DNA of 64,000 bases from Paraphysomonas bandaiensis (taxonomy: Eukaryota > Protista > Chrysophyceae), in NCBI GenBank assembly GCA_965644295.1, contig CBFFRP010000165.1, positions 14,176-78,175 on the forward strand. Direction: 5' to 3'. The position numbers and the translations under genes were made by a program. Shown one piece after another: positions 13,401 through 27,356 of the stretch (the first letter of the stretch is position 1; each line of letters starts with the position of its first letter). The notes beneath the pieces are model-generated. The model had not been told where the DNA came from. It worked only from the letters and a program-made list of their open reading frames with translations, and searched no databases.

Positions 13401-15337
13401 TTTTTAATTTCACTTGGAAACGGGATGTAGTCTACCTGATATACTTCGTTTCATATCCATTGAAGTGGACACAGATGGTGATGGCTTTTTGAGCGAAAAT
13501 GAACTTCTGACTTTAGCGTCCATGGTCTACCGGCGGTCACCGACAGGTTGGTATTGTTACAGGTCTCACTGCACAGTTATATTAATCCAATGCCATCAGA
13601 AAACGATTTTGAGGAGTTAAGGAATTGCACTTTTGCAAACTACACATCTACACATGACGACACAGCTCTTGGTGCCAATGACAATCGAGGTGGAGTTATG
13701 AGTAATGAAACTATGAAAGATGTAGCCACTATACACTCGCGAAAAAGTGAGGAGTATGGAGTATATGATATTACTTACACGTTGCGTCGAGCTCCAGCAA
13801 TTGAAGTTAGTGTATGTTTTGCTAATAAATAATTCGCTAAGTGTTGTTGTGAAGGGCGTTGCAAACTGTTCGATTGTACGGGAAGGATTGCTGAAGCACA
13901 TAAATTGGCCAGCCACGCATCACTTAGAATCAGATAAAGAAGTAGCATTTGAGATGATTGGTGACAACATCACTGCCACCATGCATCAGGTATACGCTTG
14001 ATACATACCCAACATCTCTCTCTCACTTTTTATAGTTGAATTCCATTCGTCATAGGAAGACGAAATTTGTCTGTGTTAACGACCAGATGAATGATCCTTC
14101 TCCGGAACTTCAAAATGCCCTTAGGGACTTCTTCCTTGCTTTTTTCCCGTTCCCTTCTCAGTTCGAATTGAAGGATGGTCGAATGAACCCAACACTGTAT
14201 TATGATGAGTATGTAAAACTGCATTCTCCAAAGTCTAGTGTTTCCAACCGCGCTAGATATGACTACTACATTATGCGTGACTTATTAGTTGATATGGCAC
14301 ATCAATCTGTGAAAGTTGTCCGAGAGAGTGTACGATATGTGCATGAATGGTTCGAGGGTGATGCCCACCCGAAAACTGCTCTGAAGCACTGGGCCACAGG
14401 AGCACCACCACCCCCGCCGGGAGGGCTTCGCGTTTTTATCCCGTATTGGGTTCTTTGTTGCAGTCTGGTTGGGTTGGGTGGACTGTGGTGCGTTCGCCGA
14501 TCTGTGCGGACTCGACGTCGCTCCGTTATAGAAAAGACCCAGCAGCATATACATCAACAGCGCGAAGACCCATGTCAAGTAGAATCGACTGTGAATTTGA
14601 CAGACTCGCCGACAACTCGACTAAAGAGTGCGAGTGATGCAGATATTCCTTTAGTGAAAAGTGCTGCGATTGATTTTGATCGCCGGAGGTATTACCAGAG
14701 CCGCACAAGTAGTGCTGAAAACGATGCTATGGATACAACCGGTGACAACGTGGGAGAGGAGGAGAGAAGAGGAGACCTACTGAACCAGCTGTGGAGGACT
14801 GCAGGATATGGTAGTACAGCTGGTAATTATTTACCACCTTTATGATGTTAGACGTTTAATGTTTGAACTGAATAGCTTCGAGTGGAAGAAAGAGTCCTTT
14901 GCTTGCAAAGCATCTGAAGGAACACAATAGCAGTGATGATGTGCCTGCTAGTGACCCCACCAAGAATTCAAATAGACAACAGTATTATCCCGATGACGAT
15001 GATACCTATAGTATTAGTACACTAGGAATGGAAGGGTGGGAGGCGGAATTGAAGCCAACCGAAGAAGGAAGGGCCTACTCCAGTGATCGCATTACACAAA
15101 CAACTAGGTGACATCAATGCGTTTGATATCAGCTATACTTCGTAATCCATTCTGTACAGAAAAAAGAAAACTGTTCGTTGGGGTGGTGTCAGCACTGTTG
15201 GTGGAAAGAACGATAGCGTATCCAAGATGTTTAGAGGATTCAAAGATATAATGGTGAGAATTGTAGTACTTTATGCCAATATTAATGCTCTGCTCATTCT
15301 AATTTCACAGAATGAAAGTCTAAAGAAAAACTCTTAG
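10438..15337 (+). CDS. GNPTAB: N-acetylglucosamine-1-phosphotransferase alpha/beta precursor (Stealth CR1-CR4, two LNR/Notch repeats, EF-hand; multi-exon)
   Basis: N-tail LLKLLQRQ + TM; PIDAVYSWVNGSD (CR1); RFRDSEELRYSLRS...[26 protein letters not shown] (CR2); two C-x3-C-x3-W-x-GD LNR repeats; DTYASSLRHVN...PAHMPHMID (CR3); EF-hand DTDGDGFLSENE; KFVCVND...FFPFPSQFE (CR4); C-terminal TM. Confidence 0.88.
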
Positions 15338-15804
15338 AGGTATGAAGACGGGTAAAAATGCTTTCTATTCCATTGCTTATATCTTAGTAAGTACCATATA
15401 TAGTATATATTTCTTCTTATGATATTGCAATAACTAATTCAGCTTTGGGTTATAAATACTGTATTGCTACTACAGGTAGTTCTTTTAAATACGCTTTAGC
15501 CAGAAAGATTATGGCATAAATAATTAAAACGATAAAACTATGCACACTCTCAAACTCATTTTGGTGTCATTTAATTCCCCACTGTAACCTTTCACTTTAA
15601 TAATACAATGAAAAATTACTTGCGAGTACTTGATCTTGTACGTTAGATGACTAGAAGAGGATAGTACACACGTACACACCACATGCAATACTCAAGTTAT
15701 TGCGTGTAGAAATGTATAGACCAATAATTATAGTCATTCGTTCAGACAAATATACAGCACTGTTACTATTGCAACGCTTTATATATATGATGATACTTCT
15801 ACAT

Positions 15805-17352
15805 CTAACTAGAGGAGAACGCCCAATTCTGAAATTCTTCTGATTCAAAAAATGCTGTGCGATTATGGGCCATTCCCTTAATAATAGAATACGATACAAA
15901 GTGTCCCGTACTTGTATTCATAATCGAGTTGAGGTACTCCATGTATAGCATTCCTCGTTGTAAACGGTTGTTTCCCTGCAAGCCTGATTCGCAGGAATTA
16001 GACAAGAGATTATTCCTCGAATCAGGGTGTGTGTCGCAACACATATTTCCATTCATACTTGGAGTGCACTCACTACCGTAGACTGGAAAGCACTCTGCGT
16101 CATTCTTGTATCCCAATGCATTACAGTTACACATGTCTTTATCACCTATCACGAGTAATATAAATATATTACACATTCCACGAATACGAGCAGCGTACCT
16201 AACAAATATCTGACATCTTTTCTCAAAAAGTTTTCGGTATTAACAGCCACTGCCTGATTAGAAATTGATATTCACAACTTGTAGATTTATTATTGATGCA
16301 CACGTACCGTGCGATTGTTGACAAAAGGAGCGAGGTAGGCATACCCCGACGAAGGGAATATCGATGTACCATATTTCCATGAGTTATAGCCGGGACACTC
16401 TTGGGTCTCGTTTAGTGCTGGAGCGCGATAGTTGCTACATACGGCGTCTGTATCCACACCCATATTTATAAATGGTCGGCAAGTGACGTCCGGCCTATGC
16501 TCAGAAAGGTAAAGATATGAAGACGGGTCACTCACAATAAATCGCACTCGGCCAAAACTATTGTCCGTAAGACCAATTGATGACGCCCATGCATATCGTT
16601 GCACCATTTGTGCACCTGCAGAGAATCCAGAGACAGCAACGGATGAAAGAGAAGGGAATTGAGTGGTGTTCAATAGCAAAGACACTAGAGAATCTAAAAT
16701 GTCAAATGATGAAATATACTTTGCTGGATGAGGAGAGTTATTTGCACCTTTATAACATATGAATTAATGTAAACTGTTGACACGTTAAATGTGAAAGAAC
16801 CTTTCATCCAATTCGATGTGCTCCAATAAACAGACACCGTGTCTGGATCTGTGTTGTTTCCCCATTCTTCACTTGTCAGTTGTGATTGTGCGAACAGAGG
16901 AGAGATAATAAGAGTATCATCACGTGGATATGTCGCTTTCATTGTCGAACAGAAGTATTCATCTGTGTGGACACCATCAGCACATGTATACATGACGGCT
17001 ATAAACTACCGGCTCCTCTAGAGTATCCATGCACAGATATTACTGCAGATCGTATCTTCGGCTGCACTGTCTGTAAATTATGAGATACATATAATGGTAT
17101 GAAGACACCGCTGTAGGGAGCCGGAGAGACGCCGTAGGGGGAGGATACAGCGTAACTGTAGCGGTACTCCGGCGCTGTACAGTTAAAAGTTATATGTCTG
17201 AAGCTACTCAATACATTCGAAGTAATCACACTGATAGAGCTATCAGTTACAGTATCTGATAGTTTGATGTGGAAGATAACTGACAACAGCCATAGCAGAG
17301 ATATAGTGGTGATCCATGGCACTAATGGGGGCAATGTTGCCCCCTCTGACAT
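15805..17352 (-). CDS. Secreted or membrane-anchored alpha/beta hydrolase (multi-exon)
   Basis: N-terminal hydrophobic segment, ISVHGYSR, nucleophile elbow GFSAGAQMVQRYA, FIVSDPSSYLY, IGDKD, C-terminal GMAH. Confidence 0.7.
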
Positions 17353-18072
17353 GGGGGAGATGATAGGGAGTTACTTGAGTGCTGTTGGATGCATTGTGCG
17401 GTCTAGTTATAGCATTGTGTTGTAATATACTGCACTGTGTATGCATGCATTAAGAGAACACCACTTGAGCATATACATGTACATACATACAGTATCTAGA
17501 GTTAGAATTTTCATGATTTTGGGATAGAAAAGCCTGAAATTATTCCGGATATCCCCAATTTCAAGGATCAATAAACCCAAAAGCTTTAGAAAAGTGTAGA
17601 TGAGGTTTGGACAATCCGGTCAACATGTTATGAACCAATCAGTTCCTAATATCACTATATTATTGGTGAATTACATATCCGGTTCCCGACATATATCCGG
17701 GATACGGGTAGTGGAGAGTATGTGGATGGTGTGGTCTAGCTATATGTATGGCATTGTACGTATAGTATGTACTGCTGTGTATGTATGTATATGTATATTA
17801 CATATAAGAGTATACGTACATAATTTTGCTATGGATTTGCACGCACTTGTATGATATTATCATTAAACAGTCACCTACCACCGACACACTCAACTAAACC
17901 AAACCAATGAATGATTCTCTTATTCCACTCTCATAACCACTCCTCCATCTCTCAACACTCTCTCTGATAGTGTCCCTATCATATATATACATATATATAT
18001 ATATGAGCTGTGGCTATATGAGCATTACATAAAGATCACACCCCTCACACCCCTCTATCAACACACTCAAAT

Positions 18073-21000
18073 ATGAATAATGAAGTTGATAACGATAAGA
18101 TCGAACAACTCCGTCAAAGATACAGACGAGAGGCTCAGATCGCTGTAGATGACGCGAGAAACGCAGCCAGGGAAGAGACGACTAAAAAATATGAACATAA
18201 AATTAAAAATCTTGAAGATGAAGTACGTCAATGGAAAGCAATTGTTGAAGCATTATCATCAGAGGAATCAGATGAGACGGATGATAATAGCAGTAAACAC
18301 GTGTCTCTTGTCCGGTACATTATGGAACAGGTGAGTGTTTACCTTATCGTTAAGTGTGATCAGTTACGTTCATTTAGATATACCGGGAATTCAAAAGAGA
18401 ATACTCCGATGGATCGGTGACATCTCAGGCTGTCACTACGCACATTAAAGTAAAATTTGAAATTATTTTTTCAGCGAAGCCTTATGTACTTTTTTCTTTC
18501 ACAGAAATCGCTCATATCAACAACAGAGAAGCTATTGGAAAAGTTACCAAATCTAGTGCTGAAACTTGAAGTTCCCAGTAATAAATCTAAGAAAAAAGAA
18601 ATGTCAAGTACATTTGGTATACATCGTCCGCCCTGTCTGCAGATAGTAGGAGGGAGGCCTCTAGCACTTGTACCATATGTGATGCTGACAATAGATGAAC
18701 GACCATCCACTGGCGTATTCAACAAGGCCTATGTTGCTTACTGCATACAGACAAAAGTTTATGTCCCTGATGATGTGAATAATGCACGGCATCCATGCCC
18801 CCAGAAGCGATTTTTTGAATACCAGCAGTTCAGAAGGTATAGCGACTTTCTCACATTTCAATATCAGTTGCAACGCCTCTTTCCACGTTGCATTATCCCT
18901 CCTCTGCCTCCAAAAACCCCTGGGCCAAGGAATGACAAGATCAAAGGTGAGAAGCATACCGAAGCTCGACGGAGGCATTTGATCCTCTGGTTGCAATATG
19001 TACTGCTGCATAGTGGATTACAGCGTAGCCCTGTCACTCGCTCTTTTGTGACGACGGCTTCGTCCAACACATCGTCCTGGGAGGTGGATCCGCAACCAGA
19101 TGGTGCATCGCATGGAGATGTAGAGAAGTCTGAAGCAACTAACGAGCAAGTAGGTGGGGAGGAGGAAGTTTTGTACGAAGGTGATTTCAAGAATAGTTCT
19201 CCCGGGAACCGCGCGAGCCTCCCGCCGGACACACTTTCGGAGCATGCGCGATACAAATGTCAACAGGAGATGCACAGTGTGACCAGGTCATACTCATCGA
19301 TGCGTAGGTGAATAGTTGTGTGAAGAAGTGTTATGTAGTCGTGAACCTTTGATATCGTGTGGTGACTTTTTAATGTCATAGAGATTACAATCAGCTGAAG
19401 CCTAATATCCGGTCTGGTGTTGACGCCTGTAGAGCCCTTCTAGATGCGATGCGGGAAGTCGGACGTGCACACATTAAGTTTTCATCCTCTCTGTCCTCTC
19501 TGGCGGATGTAGAGGATGGGGAAGTTGAGAAAGCTGCTGCAACTGAGGTGCAACTCTGTACGGACCGATCCCTCTCTTTATTACATGGTGTGGTGTTTTC
19601 AATGTGTACTCATGTGCTAGAGCCGATGCAATTCCTCGAAGTGGATTCAATGGCTGTCTCAAGCAATGTGATGCATACAGTGCATAAGACGAGCACAAAG
19701 AACTCCCGAAATTTCATAGATGCGCATGCAGATCTGGTCAGGGAGTGGGGCATGTACCGCTCCATCCGTCATGACATGCTCACACGGTCACTGTTGAGTA
19801 TGGCGCATAGTGCTCACGCAGAGGTACGTCGACATTTTCAGTGTCTGTTATCTTTTTATGATTGCGTACAGTATGGTCGAATAGCCAGGCACTGGAGTGT
19901 TACGGCGACAGAAATTGAATCTCTTAACACCGCACATGCGTCGAGATCCAATGCAGTTAGTCGAGGTTGGAGCGGCCTGATGGAGAGAGAGCGCAAGGAG
20001 ATGGCTGATGTCGTGCAGTCATTGAATGATGCGTAAGTATTATCCAACCACGTATTGTGTACGCAATAATATTTTGTGGTACAGTCATGAAAAGAGGAAA
20101 GTGATGCAAGGTTCATTTTCATCGGCAGGTTTTCCGAATCATGCGTCTCAGCGCACTGATTCGGCTTCCAGAGAATCTCCAGAACTGCGACACACTGTGG
20201 CCTCCCGGCCTGTGATACCATCCGGCACGAGGCGAGATCCTACTGAAAGAGTGTTTTACCCTGTTGGGGGAGACTCCAATATTAGTCCAAGAGAAAGTTC
20301 CAGGGAGGTACATACCGAAGAATACTCACAAGCTCAGGAGAGTCACTCCGAGCCTCATGATTCCCCTGCTGGATTCCCACAGGAGGAACCTGCGACTCCT
20401 CCGTCATCGAAGAAAAGTGGATGGACAAGTTATTTCTGGCGGTCATCTTCCAAGAAGGGGCATGAGAAAGGGGCAGTTGGCACTTCCTCTGCCAATAAGG
20501 CACAAAGTCCCTCTGCTAGCACTGTGTCGCCATCCACCAACGCTGCTCCTGTATCCTTTTTATCGGACCGAGTGGAAACTGGGAAGGGCGATGATGAAGA
20601 CGATGAAGAAAGCTTGGAAGACACACCCATGAACAGAGCATATATGGAGCGACGTGAGAGAGAGCGCCGGCAGGCGGAGGAGAGGCAGCATAATGGTCTT
20701 AATTCCGCAGGAGGTTTAGGCGCTGGAGAGGAGAGACCGGAGGACATCCTCACTGGCGGTGATAAGCGAAACACCAGGCGGAGGGTGAAAGCAACCGTCA
20801 CTGCCACGAGTGGAAGTACACAACGGAGGCCTAAGCACATTCCTTCGAAGGCATACTCAGGTACAAGTGCTTCGTCTACTCCTCGCAGTCAGGACGAGGT
20901 AATAAAGCCAGTGGTGGTGCCCCAAATGCCTAAGCAACCTGCGCCATCCTCAGAAGGGTCTGGCAGGTGGTCACCCCCGCCATCCCGATCGCCGGCCCAT

Positions 21001-22101
21001 CCTGTTTCTGGTAGAAAGGCCTATTCCATGCACTCAGAGGAAGCACTCAGAAGAAGTATGGTACCACCTGAATCAGAGTCACCTACGCAAACAAGAAAAT
21101 CGAGTAGTTCAGCCGCCCAATATTCATCTCCTTCTCCGGTTTTCATACCTCCTTCACAAACTCAGCCCCACGTGCAACCAGATGATATACCACCTAGTCC
21201 CTTAAGTCAATCGGCACCAGCGCAGTCTTTTGTGCCGTCTCGAACCCGTGCACAGTCCGATGCCGTGCCGGCTACCGGCCAGGCCGAGGCTTCTCGTCTC
21301 AGCCCACTGCCCGCTGGGTGGGAAGAGGTGAGAACTTGATGGTTTGGGATATTCAAAGAATGTGCACCTCATAGCTTTTATAGGTGCACACGGACGATGG
21401 AGGGACGTACTATTACCACCGCGTGACAAGAATATCTAGGTGAGGTGACAGTGACTTTGTATTTGTCCATTACTGTCTTCTGTGTAGGTGGGAGAAACCT
21501 AGTGCAGAAGTAGCCGCTGCCGTTGAAAGTCGAATCAGTAGCTCACAAAAAAATATTGATGAGGCTGTTGAGGTATAGTTTGTTCTCTCTGGTCAACTTA
21601 TTTGATGGAAGTGCAGAAAAAGCGACGCGAGAGAGAAAAGCAGAGAGCATTAGAGGAACAAAGGTCAATTGCGGCCGAACAGCTGCATGGCACAGTGAAA
21701 CAATATATCGTTACCTGGAAAACAAACCCAACGAATGGCAAAGAGAAGCACATAGGAGAGCTTCTGACATCACTTCCTGGTTTATTGGGACCAGATGTGT
21801 GTCCACCAGGCACAGTAGGTTCTGCGCCTTTAGGGCTTATGTCGACACCAGTTGAGGTATATTAAACACTGTACAATGAAATTCCTTACTGGGCTATGTA
21901 GATAAAGAAAGCGTATATGAAAGCAGTTCGAGTGATTCATCCGGATAAACTTAGTGGTACGCTATTTAAGAACAATGTATTACGAGTTCTAAGTTCTACT
22001 GTGCAGCTACAATTGAATTGGAAAAACGGCTTCTGGCGGAGGAAGCGTTTATATGCTTGAATCAAGTGTATGATGTGTATAGAAAAGCCCATGGGATTTG
22101 A
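18073..22101 (+). CDS. Coiled-coil + PX domain + helical (BAR-like?) region + low-complexity linker + WW + auxilin-type J domain (multi-exon)
   Basis: PX: RRYSDF...IIPPLPPK...EARRRHL. WW: PLPAGWEE|VHTDDGRTYYYHRVTRISR|WEKP. J: IKKAYMKAVRVIHPDKL. Stop TGA at 22099-22101. Confidence 0.75.
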
Positions 22102-23729
22102 TGTCGTCATATGTGGTAGTATAGCAGGAATAGTATGTTATTAGTGCGTGAAGTAGGCGTAATGTTCGTGTATATGCAAGGCACCTATATTTACCTCCTG
22201 GGAATCGTGGAGTTGTCGCTCATAGAATGTTTTCTTATAGAATAAAAGCTTATATCAACAAAATATTACCCTTTTGTAATTGGATATTATTTAGTAATGA
22301 CTGGTTAAACTTTCAGTAGTCAGGGCAATTAACTGTTCTAATAATTCACTTATCCCCATTCTCTCAAAAAAATCTTTTTTTGACCTGTTTACCTGTTTGT
22401 CTCAACAGGGCGCTCATTTCAGCACCGGGCAAATAGAGACATTCAACTTCAACATTTGGTTCAACAGAAGCTCACTTCTATCCTAATTATGATAATGACA
22501 GTCATATGTACGTGATTTCATTATATTACACAATTATAGAGAAACCACAATCATGAGTTATATCATTAGACACTTCATGTTATATTCCATACTTCGACTG
22601 CTGTATAAGATCACAGTAGTGTGATGGGGCACACCGTTTGGCGGTGTAGAATATGAACAGTCCAATATGTATATGGTATCTTCTGAAATTGCCTCATCTC
22701 TTGACAATCACGACGACTACAAACAATTGTCGCCCTATCTTCTGTATACCTGTGGTTTAAAGCAGGTTTATAGAAGCAATGACTATAATATGACTATGTA
22801 TGATAGCGCCTCTACACTATCATCTATTATATGCTACCTATAATATGTGCCTACCGGTCATTTTGTAGTTTGATAACTATTCAGTCATTTGTTTATTATT
22901 ATTGTATTCAAGTGTATAATATATATATTGAGGTATAAGTGAATGTTGTGAATCTTAATATTGAGTCTTGTATGCAACACTCGGTTTTGAAGCCTAAGAT
23001 CACTGAAAAGATGATGCGCTTGTTTATCGAAACAAGAAAACAGAATAACATCAAACTTCTTATATATCAAAGTTTGACATAATATGAGAAGTATTAACTT
23101 AACAACAGAAGGTAACTTATACTCAATGCTGAGAATTATAAATTATAATCAATATCTCTTATCATTCATCAATTTCATGTTGTCTCTACTACCACTCATT
23201 TCTCGTACGACGATCTTACTTCGTCACTACAACTTGCATCGTCACTATATTCCGTTTTACCACTATATACTTATCGTCATTCATTCTCACAGTACGATTA
23301 ACAAGACTACAACTGAATACTACTGTAATTTAAATACCTTATAACTACAGCTTTCAATTACTTTCATATAGCAGAACTCAACATTATAAACAGCCAGATA
23401 TACAAGCTACCAAGTATCCTACAACCTAAGCAGAATGTTGATATACATGACATATATGTGTATATTATTAAGTAAAGGCATGTTTGCTAATTTAGTACTC
23501 AGGATATTTAACTATTGAACAGTCACTCAATTGTTGGATTTGCATTGAAGACCTGTATGCGGAATGAATATGAAAAAAAAAATATTTTAATTTAATTTTT
23601 GTCGTCGTATGGTGTAAGGTGTGTGTCAAAAATTTATTCCATCTGGACCAAATACCACATCATATACAAATATTTCGACATACTTTACTGTATCATTCAG
23701 TAACAGTAAACTAGAGCAAATTTACCGAT

Positions 23730-25997
23730 TCAACGATACTTTGCAAAGATGAACATCGCCAAAGATACTGTGGCTGAGAGACATATCAACCCATTGAATC
23801 GCATTCCACAAGAGGTATTTCTCTGAATCGATGTTTCGGGTGATAAATTTCCACCACCAGGCACTGTGCTATGGAAGGTAGCGAGGTCCTCGATAGAGAG
23901 GAAATCTAGGTAGGCCGTACGATGGGCCCCACGACGACCCATATCTTCCACCAAAACAGCATACACTGGAACTGAGTTCAGCATAAGGCTCACACGACCC
24001 TAGACACAATTTTACGAGGTCATATTTTCACTCACTAGCAACGTAGAAGCTATTGTATTGTTTTTAAAAGTAGCCAACATCTCATAGTATTCTACAACTA
24101 ACTAAGGCAATTTACTCAAAGTCAACGCATGTTTACGCACCTTATCTTTAAAAGCACGCATAAAAGGACCATTAGGTTTGCGAATGAGGTCAATATTTTT
24201 TGGAGTCAGTCCACCAGTTATATATAACCCTGACCATACCAATATCGTATCATAGAATGTTTAAGAACTTGAGTGTAATGAATATATAGAAAGAGCTACA
24301 CAGCGTACGATGCAAAGTACCTCATACCTCCTTGTGGTAACCATCTCAGACCTGCGCAACCAGCTTCGGATCCATATGCCTGAGAAATAAATGAATTGTA
24401 TCCAACTACGGTATTCATAAACTGGTAAGCTGTGGAGAGAAGTTGTGTTGATGACAATACATCACTACGTTTCAATTGTACATACCCCACACCTAACAAG
24501 TATAAAAATATTTATACGTGTCCCCACGTAAAACACGATTCACGCACAAATTTACATAAGTACTATAGAACACGTTGAGGAGAACTAAGGTTCCTTACTC
24601 CGGCAAAAATATCCATAGTCAAGCGGCAGAGCTCACTACTTTGATTAGTGGCAATTACTTTTCCCTTCATATCGCCAGCTTTTAAAATCTAACGTGGCAC
24701 GTAAATGTGGAAATTGACATCAAAATGAAATAAATTCCACAGATGCGGATTCAAAGCACACATTCATACGTCCATTCTATATCAATTTGTTTGCTACCTC
24801 TTCGTGAACTTTGCGGTCAACTTTGTCGGGAATTTCCTCGGATAAAAACTCATATATCTACAGATGTCAATCCCAGTCAGATTAAACACATAACAATAGC
24901 AGGTAAAAAAATAAAACCAAGTGACAAAATAAGTGTAAACACACAGTAACATGAACAATAATACTATGGGACACTACGTTATATAGTCCTGTGCCGGAAA
25001 CCACACGCTCGACGGAAACACGATGCCTAGATTTAAACTTCTTAAGCAAATAACCCAAGAGTCGAATTTCCAGCTGTACACAGCAGTAAATACATGTACA
25101 TGACAAGCGACACGGCTTTAGTTTCAAAACGTGCAGAATAGTATGTCAAGAATAAGTACGTATTCAATGATTATGGGATAAACTTATATGTGTGTCATAC
25201 CTCACTTCGAGGAGCAAACTCTGTATGTCCTCCTTCACTAGGATAGCACACATAATATCCTAAGCTACCAGGAGTCAAGTAGCACTCGCCCAGACCAGTT
25301 CCTGCCCCAATGCAGGCTATTGGAGCACCTTCACGCTTCGGAGCTCCCTGGTAGAATAACAATTTGTAAACGGTACGTCTTACGTTTCCACGTTTAAAGG
25401 CAATAATCGTAAAGTATATAGAGAACAACACAGTAGTTCTGTCACATACCTGTAAAGTAACACATTCTGTGGCCTCATTTAAGGTTAACAGACCATATCC
25501 CACAGCAACAAAGTCGTTAATGAGTCGTACTTGCCGAATACCAAACACACGTGCAACCTCCTCTCCAACGATCTTCCAATCCTTCCTGTTCGTAAACTCA
25601 ACTGTATTGTTATGCACAGGACCAGCAACTGCAAGACAAGCAGTGATTGGAGGCTTCATAATTCCAGACTCCTCAAAAAACTGTCTGAGAGCATCATGAA
25701 ACGTGCGGTAGTCAGCATTCATGTACTGTCTCTCATGTATCAGTTTCCCAGGTGCTCTATATGCCAAATGAGTCTCTTTGAATAGACTTATAGAGGTGTG
25801 TGTTGGTTACCGTCTTCCACTGACAAGCTCCGTGTGCTCTGAGGGGTTGATCTCATACAAATCAAAGCGTGAGTTGGTTCCGCCGATATCAGCTGCGAGT
25901 ACAGTCTACAGACATCAGAGGAGGTTAGCAGGAGGGTGATAGAAGGGTATCTAACATACTTCCATTGTTTGTATAGTGTGTATGTGTGTGGGTTCAT
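23730..25997 (-). CDS. glk: Glucokinase, bacterial Glk-type family (multi-exon), with a C-terminal hydrophobic tail
   Basis: AADIGGTNSR, LAVAGPV, LINDFVAVGYG, GAGTGLGEC, SEGGH, SVERVVSGTGL, GGLTPKN, KGRVS, MGRRGA. Confidence 0.88.
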
Positions 25998-26102
25998 ATG
26001 ATGGACAGCGAGGCGTGTGATGATACGATGAGGATGAAGATGCGTCCAGTCGAAGATACAACTACAACGAGAATACCACATACTTTCTTATAATATCATG
26101 GT

Positions 26103-27133
26103 TTTCCTGAAAAACTATACATTTCTGAATATTATGTCCATAAAACCCGAGAATATAGGATCCAATAGAGTGCTGCTGATGAGTGAAGAGTAAAATGCTA
26201 AGAAAGTGTGTTGTGGATCTGATTCAAAAACGAACGGAGCGGATGGTGGCTGCTGTGTGTGTGTATCTGCAGAGGCGTCATACAATCCGCATGCGTCCAT
26301 CTTCATAGCAGCAACACTCGTCAGACCCTCACAACTCTGTGACCATCATGGACGCGTAAGTTATTTATAGTAACGCGTGCATACGCACCCCTCATACGAA
26401 TAAAATGATGTCTTCTCTCAATGTCTCCCGCGAAACACGCATATCAAGCTATGGACGCCCTCATCAGTCCCTCCATCCCTCCATTCCAGGGGGACTTCTT
26501 CAGCTTTCAAGCTGATGATTTCTCCCTCGACTTCCTCATCGATGATATCGAGGACTGTGGTATTGGGAATCTCTTCACTGATTTTCCAGAGGACACAGTA
26601 TCTTGTGTGGATGCCGGCCCTGTCCCTATGAATACACTCGCCCCTCATGCAGCTCCTCAAGTGGATACAGTGCGCGTTGTCGATAGAGCTCATGTTGTCG
26701 ATGCAGTGCGTGTTGTTGATACTTCAAGCCCTCCTCCGATGAAGGAAAAGGTTGCTGTTTATGAAGAGGCTGCTAGGCCTGGTACGAATGGATTTACTGT
26801 TGCGACTGCCGCCGAAAGAAAATTGAAGATTCAGCGATATTTGGAGAAGCGTAAGCGCAGATCGTTTAAAAAGAGAATTGTATGCAAAGCCAGGAAAGAG
26901 GTTGCTCAGGGGCGTACTCGTGTCGGCGGCAGATTTACGAAATCCGCTTCACCAGGGTTTGTTTCTATTACTGAGATCCAACGATAACAAGGATATTACT
27001 TCATTGACTTCATTACTATCTGATTAACCGAATGAATTGAATTCTTACAAATTATCTTATTATTGACTTTCATCATAACATAATTGATATTTAAATAATA
27101 TGACTCCGTATTAAATATATGAAATTTGTTCAA
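26103..27133 (+). repeat. ~1.03 kb segment duplicated in inverted orientation at ~35997-37026 (CCT gene plus flanks)
   Basis: Near-identical reverse complement, including upstream and 3' non-coding sequence. Confidence 0.95.
26421..26987 (+). CDS. CCT-domain protein, copy 1 (true start may be MDAL at 26451)
   Basis: C-terminal CCT motif RKLKIQRYLEKRKRRSFKKRIVCKARKEVAQGRTRVGGRFTK; acidic N-terminal region. Confidence 0.85.
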   Translation: MSPAKHAYQAMDALISPSIPPFQGDFFSFQADDFSLDFLIDDIEDCGIGNLFTDFPEDTVSCVDAGPVPMNTLAPHAAPQVDTVRVVDRAHVVDAVRVVDTSSPPPMKEKVAVYEEAARPGTNGFTVATAAERKLKIQRYLEKRKRRSFKKRIVCKARKEVAQGRTRVGGRFTKSASPGFVSITEIQR

Positions 27134-27356
27134 TCCAACAGCGATACATATACAACAACCTAAAGATATTGTTGAGGAAAGAATAGCGCTTTTCTTTCTT
27201 CGTAATCTCCCTCTTTTGATTATTCAGTGTTAGGATTTGGTTGCCCTTGAGATGATGCAGCTGTTCTTGTAACTTCTCTTGTTCCTTTGCCTTTTCTCTT
27301 CCTCGTTATGGGCGAGGATTCAGGGGCTAGTAAGTCCACTATTCGAGGCATCATCT

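Noticed and set aside
26348-26450. Upstream coding micro-exon ATGGACGC|GTAAGT for the CCT gene
   Set aside because: The donor looks real, but the plausible acceptor (CAAG, 26448) puts this ATG out of frame with the CCT ORF. It may be a 5' UTR intron or uORF; unresolved without RNA data.
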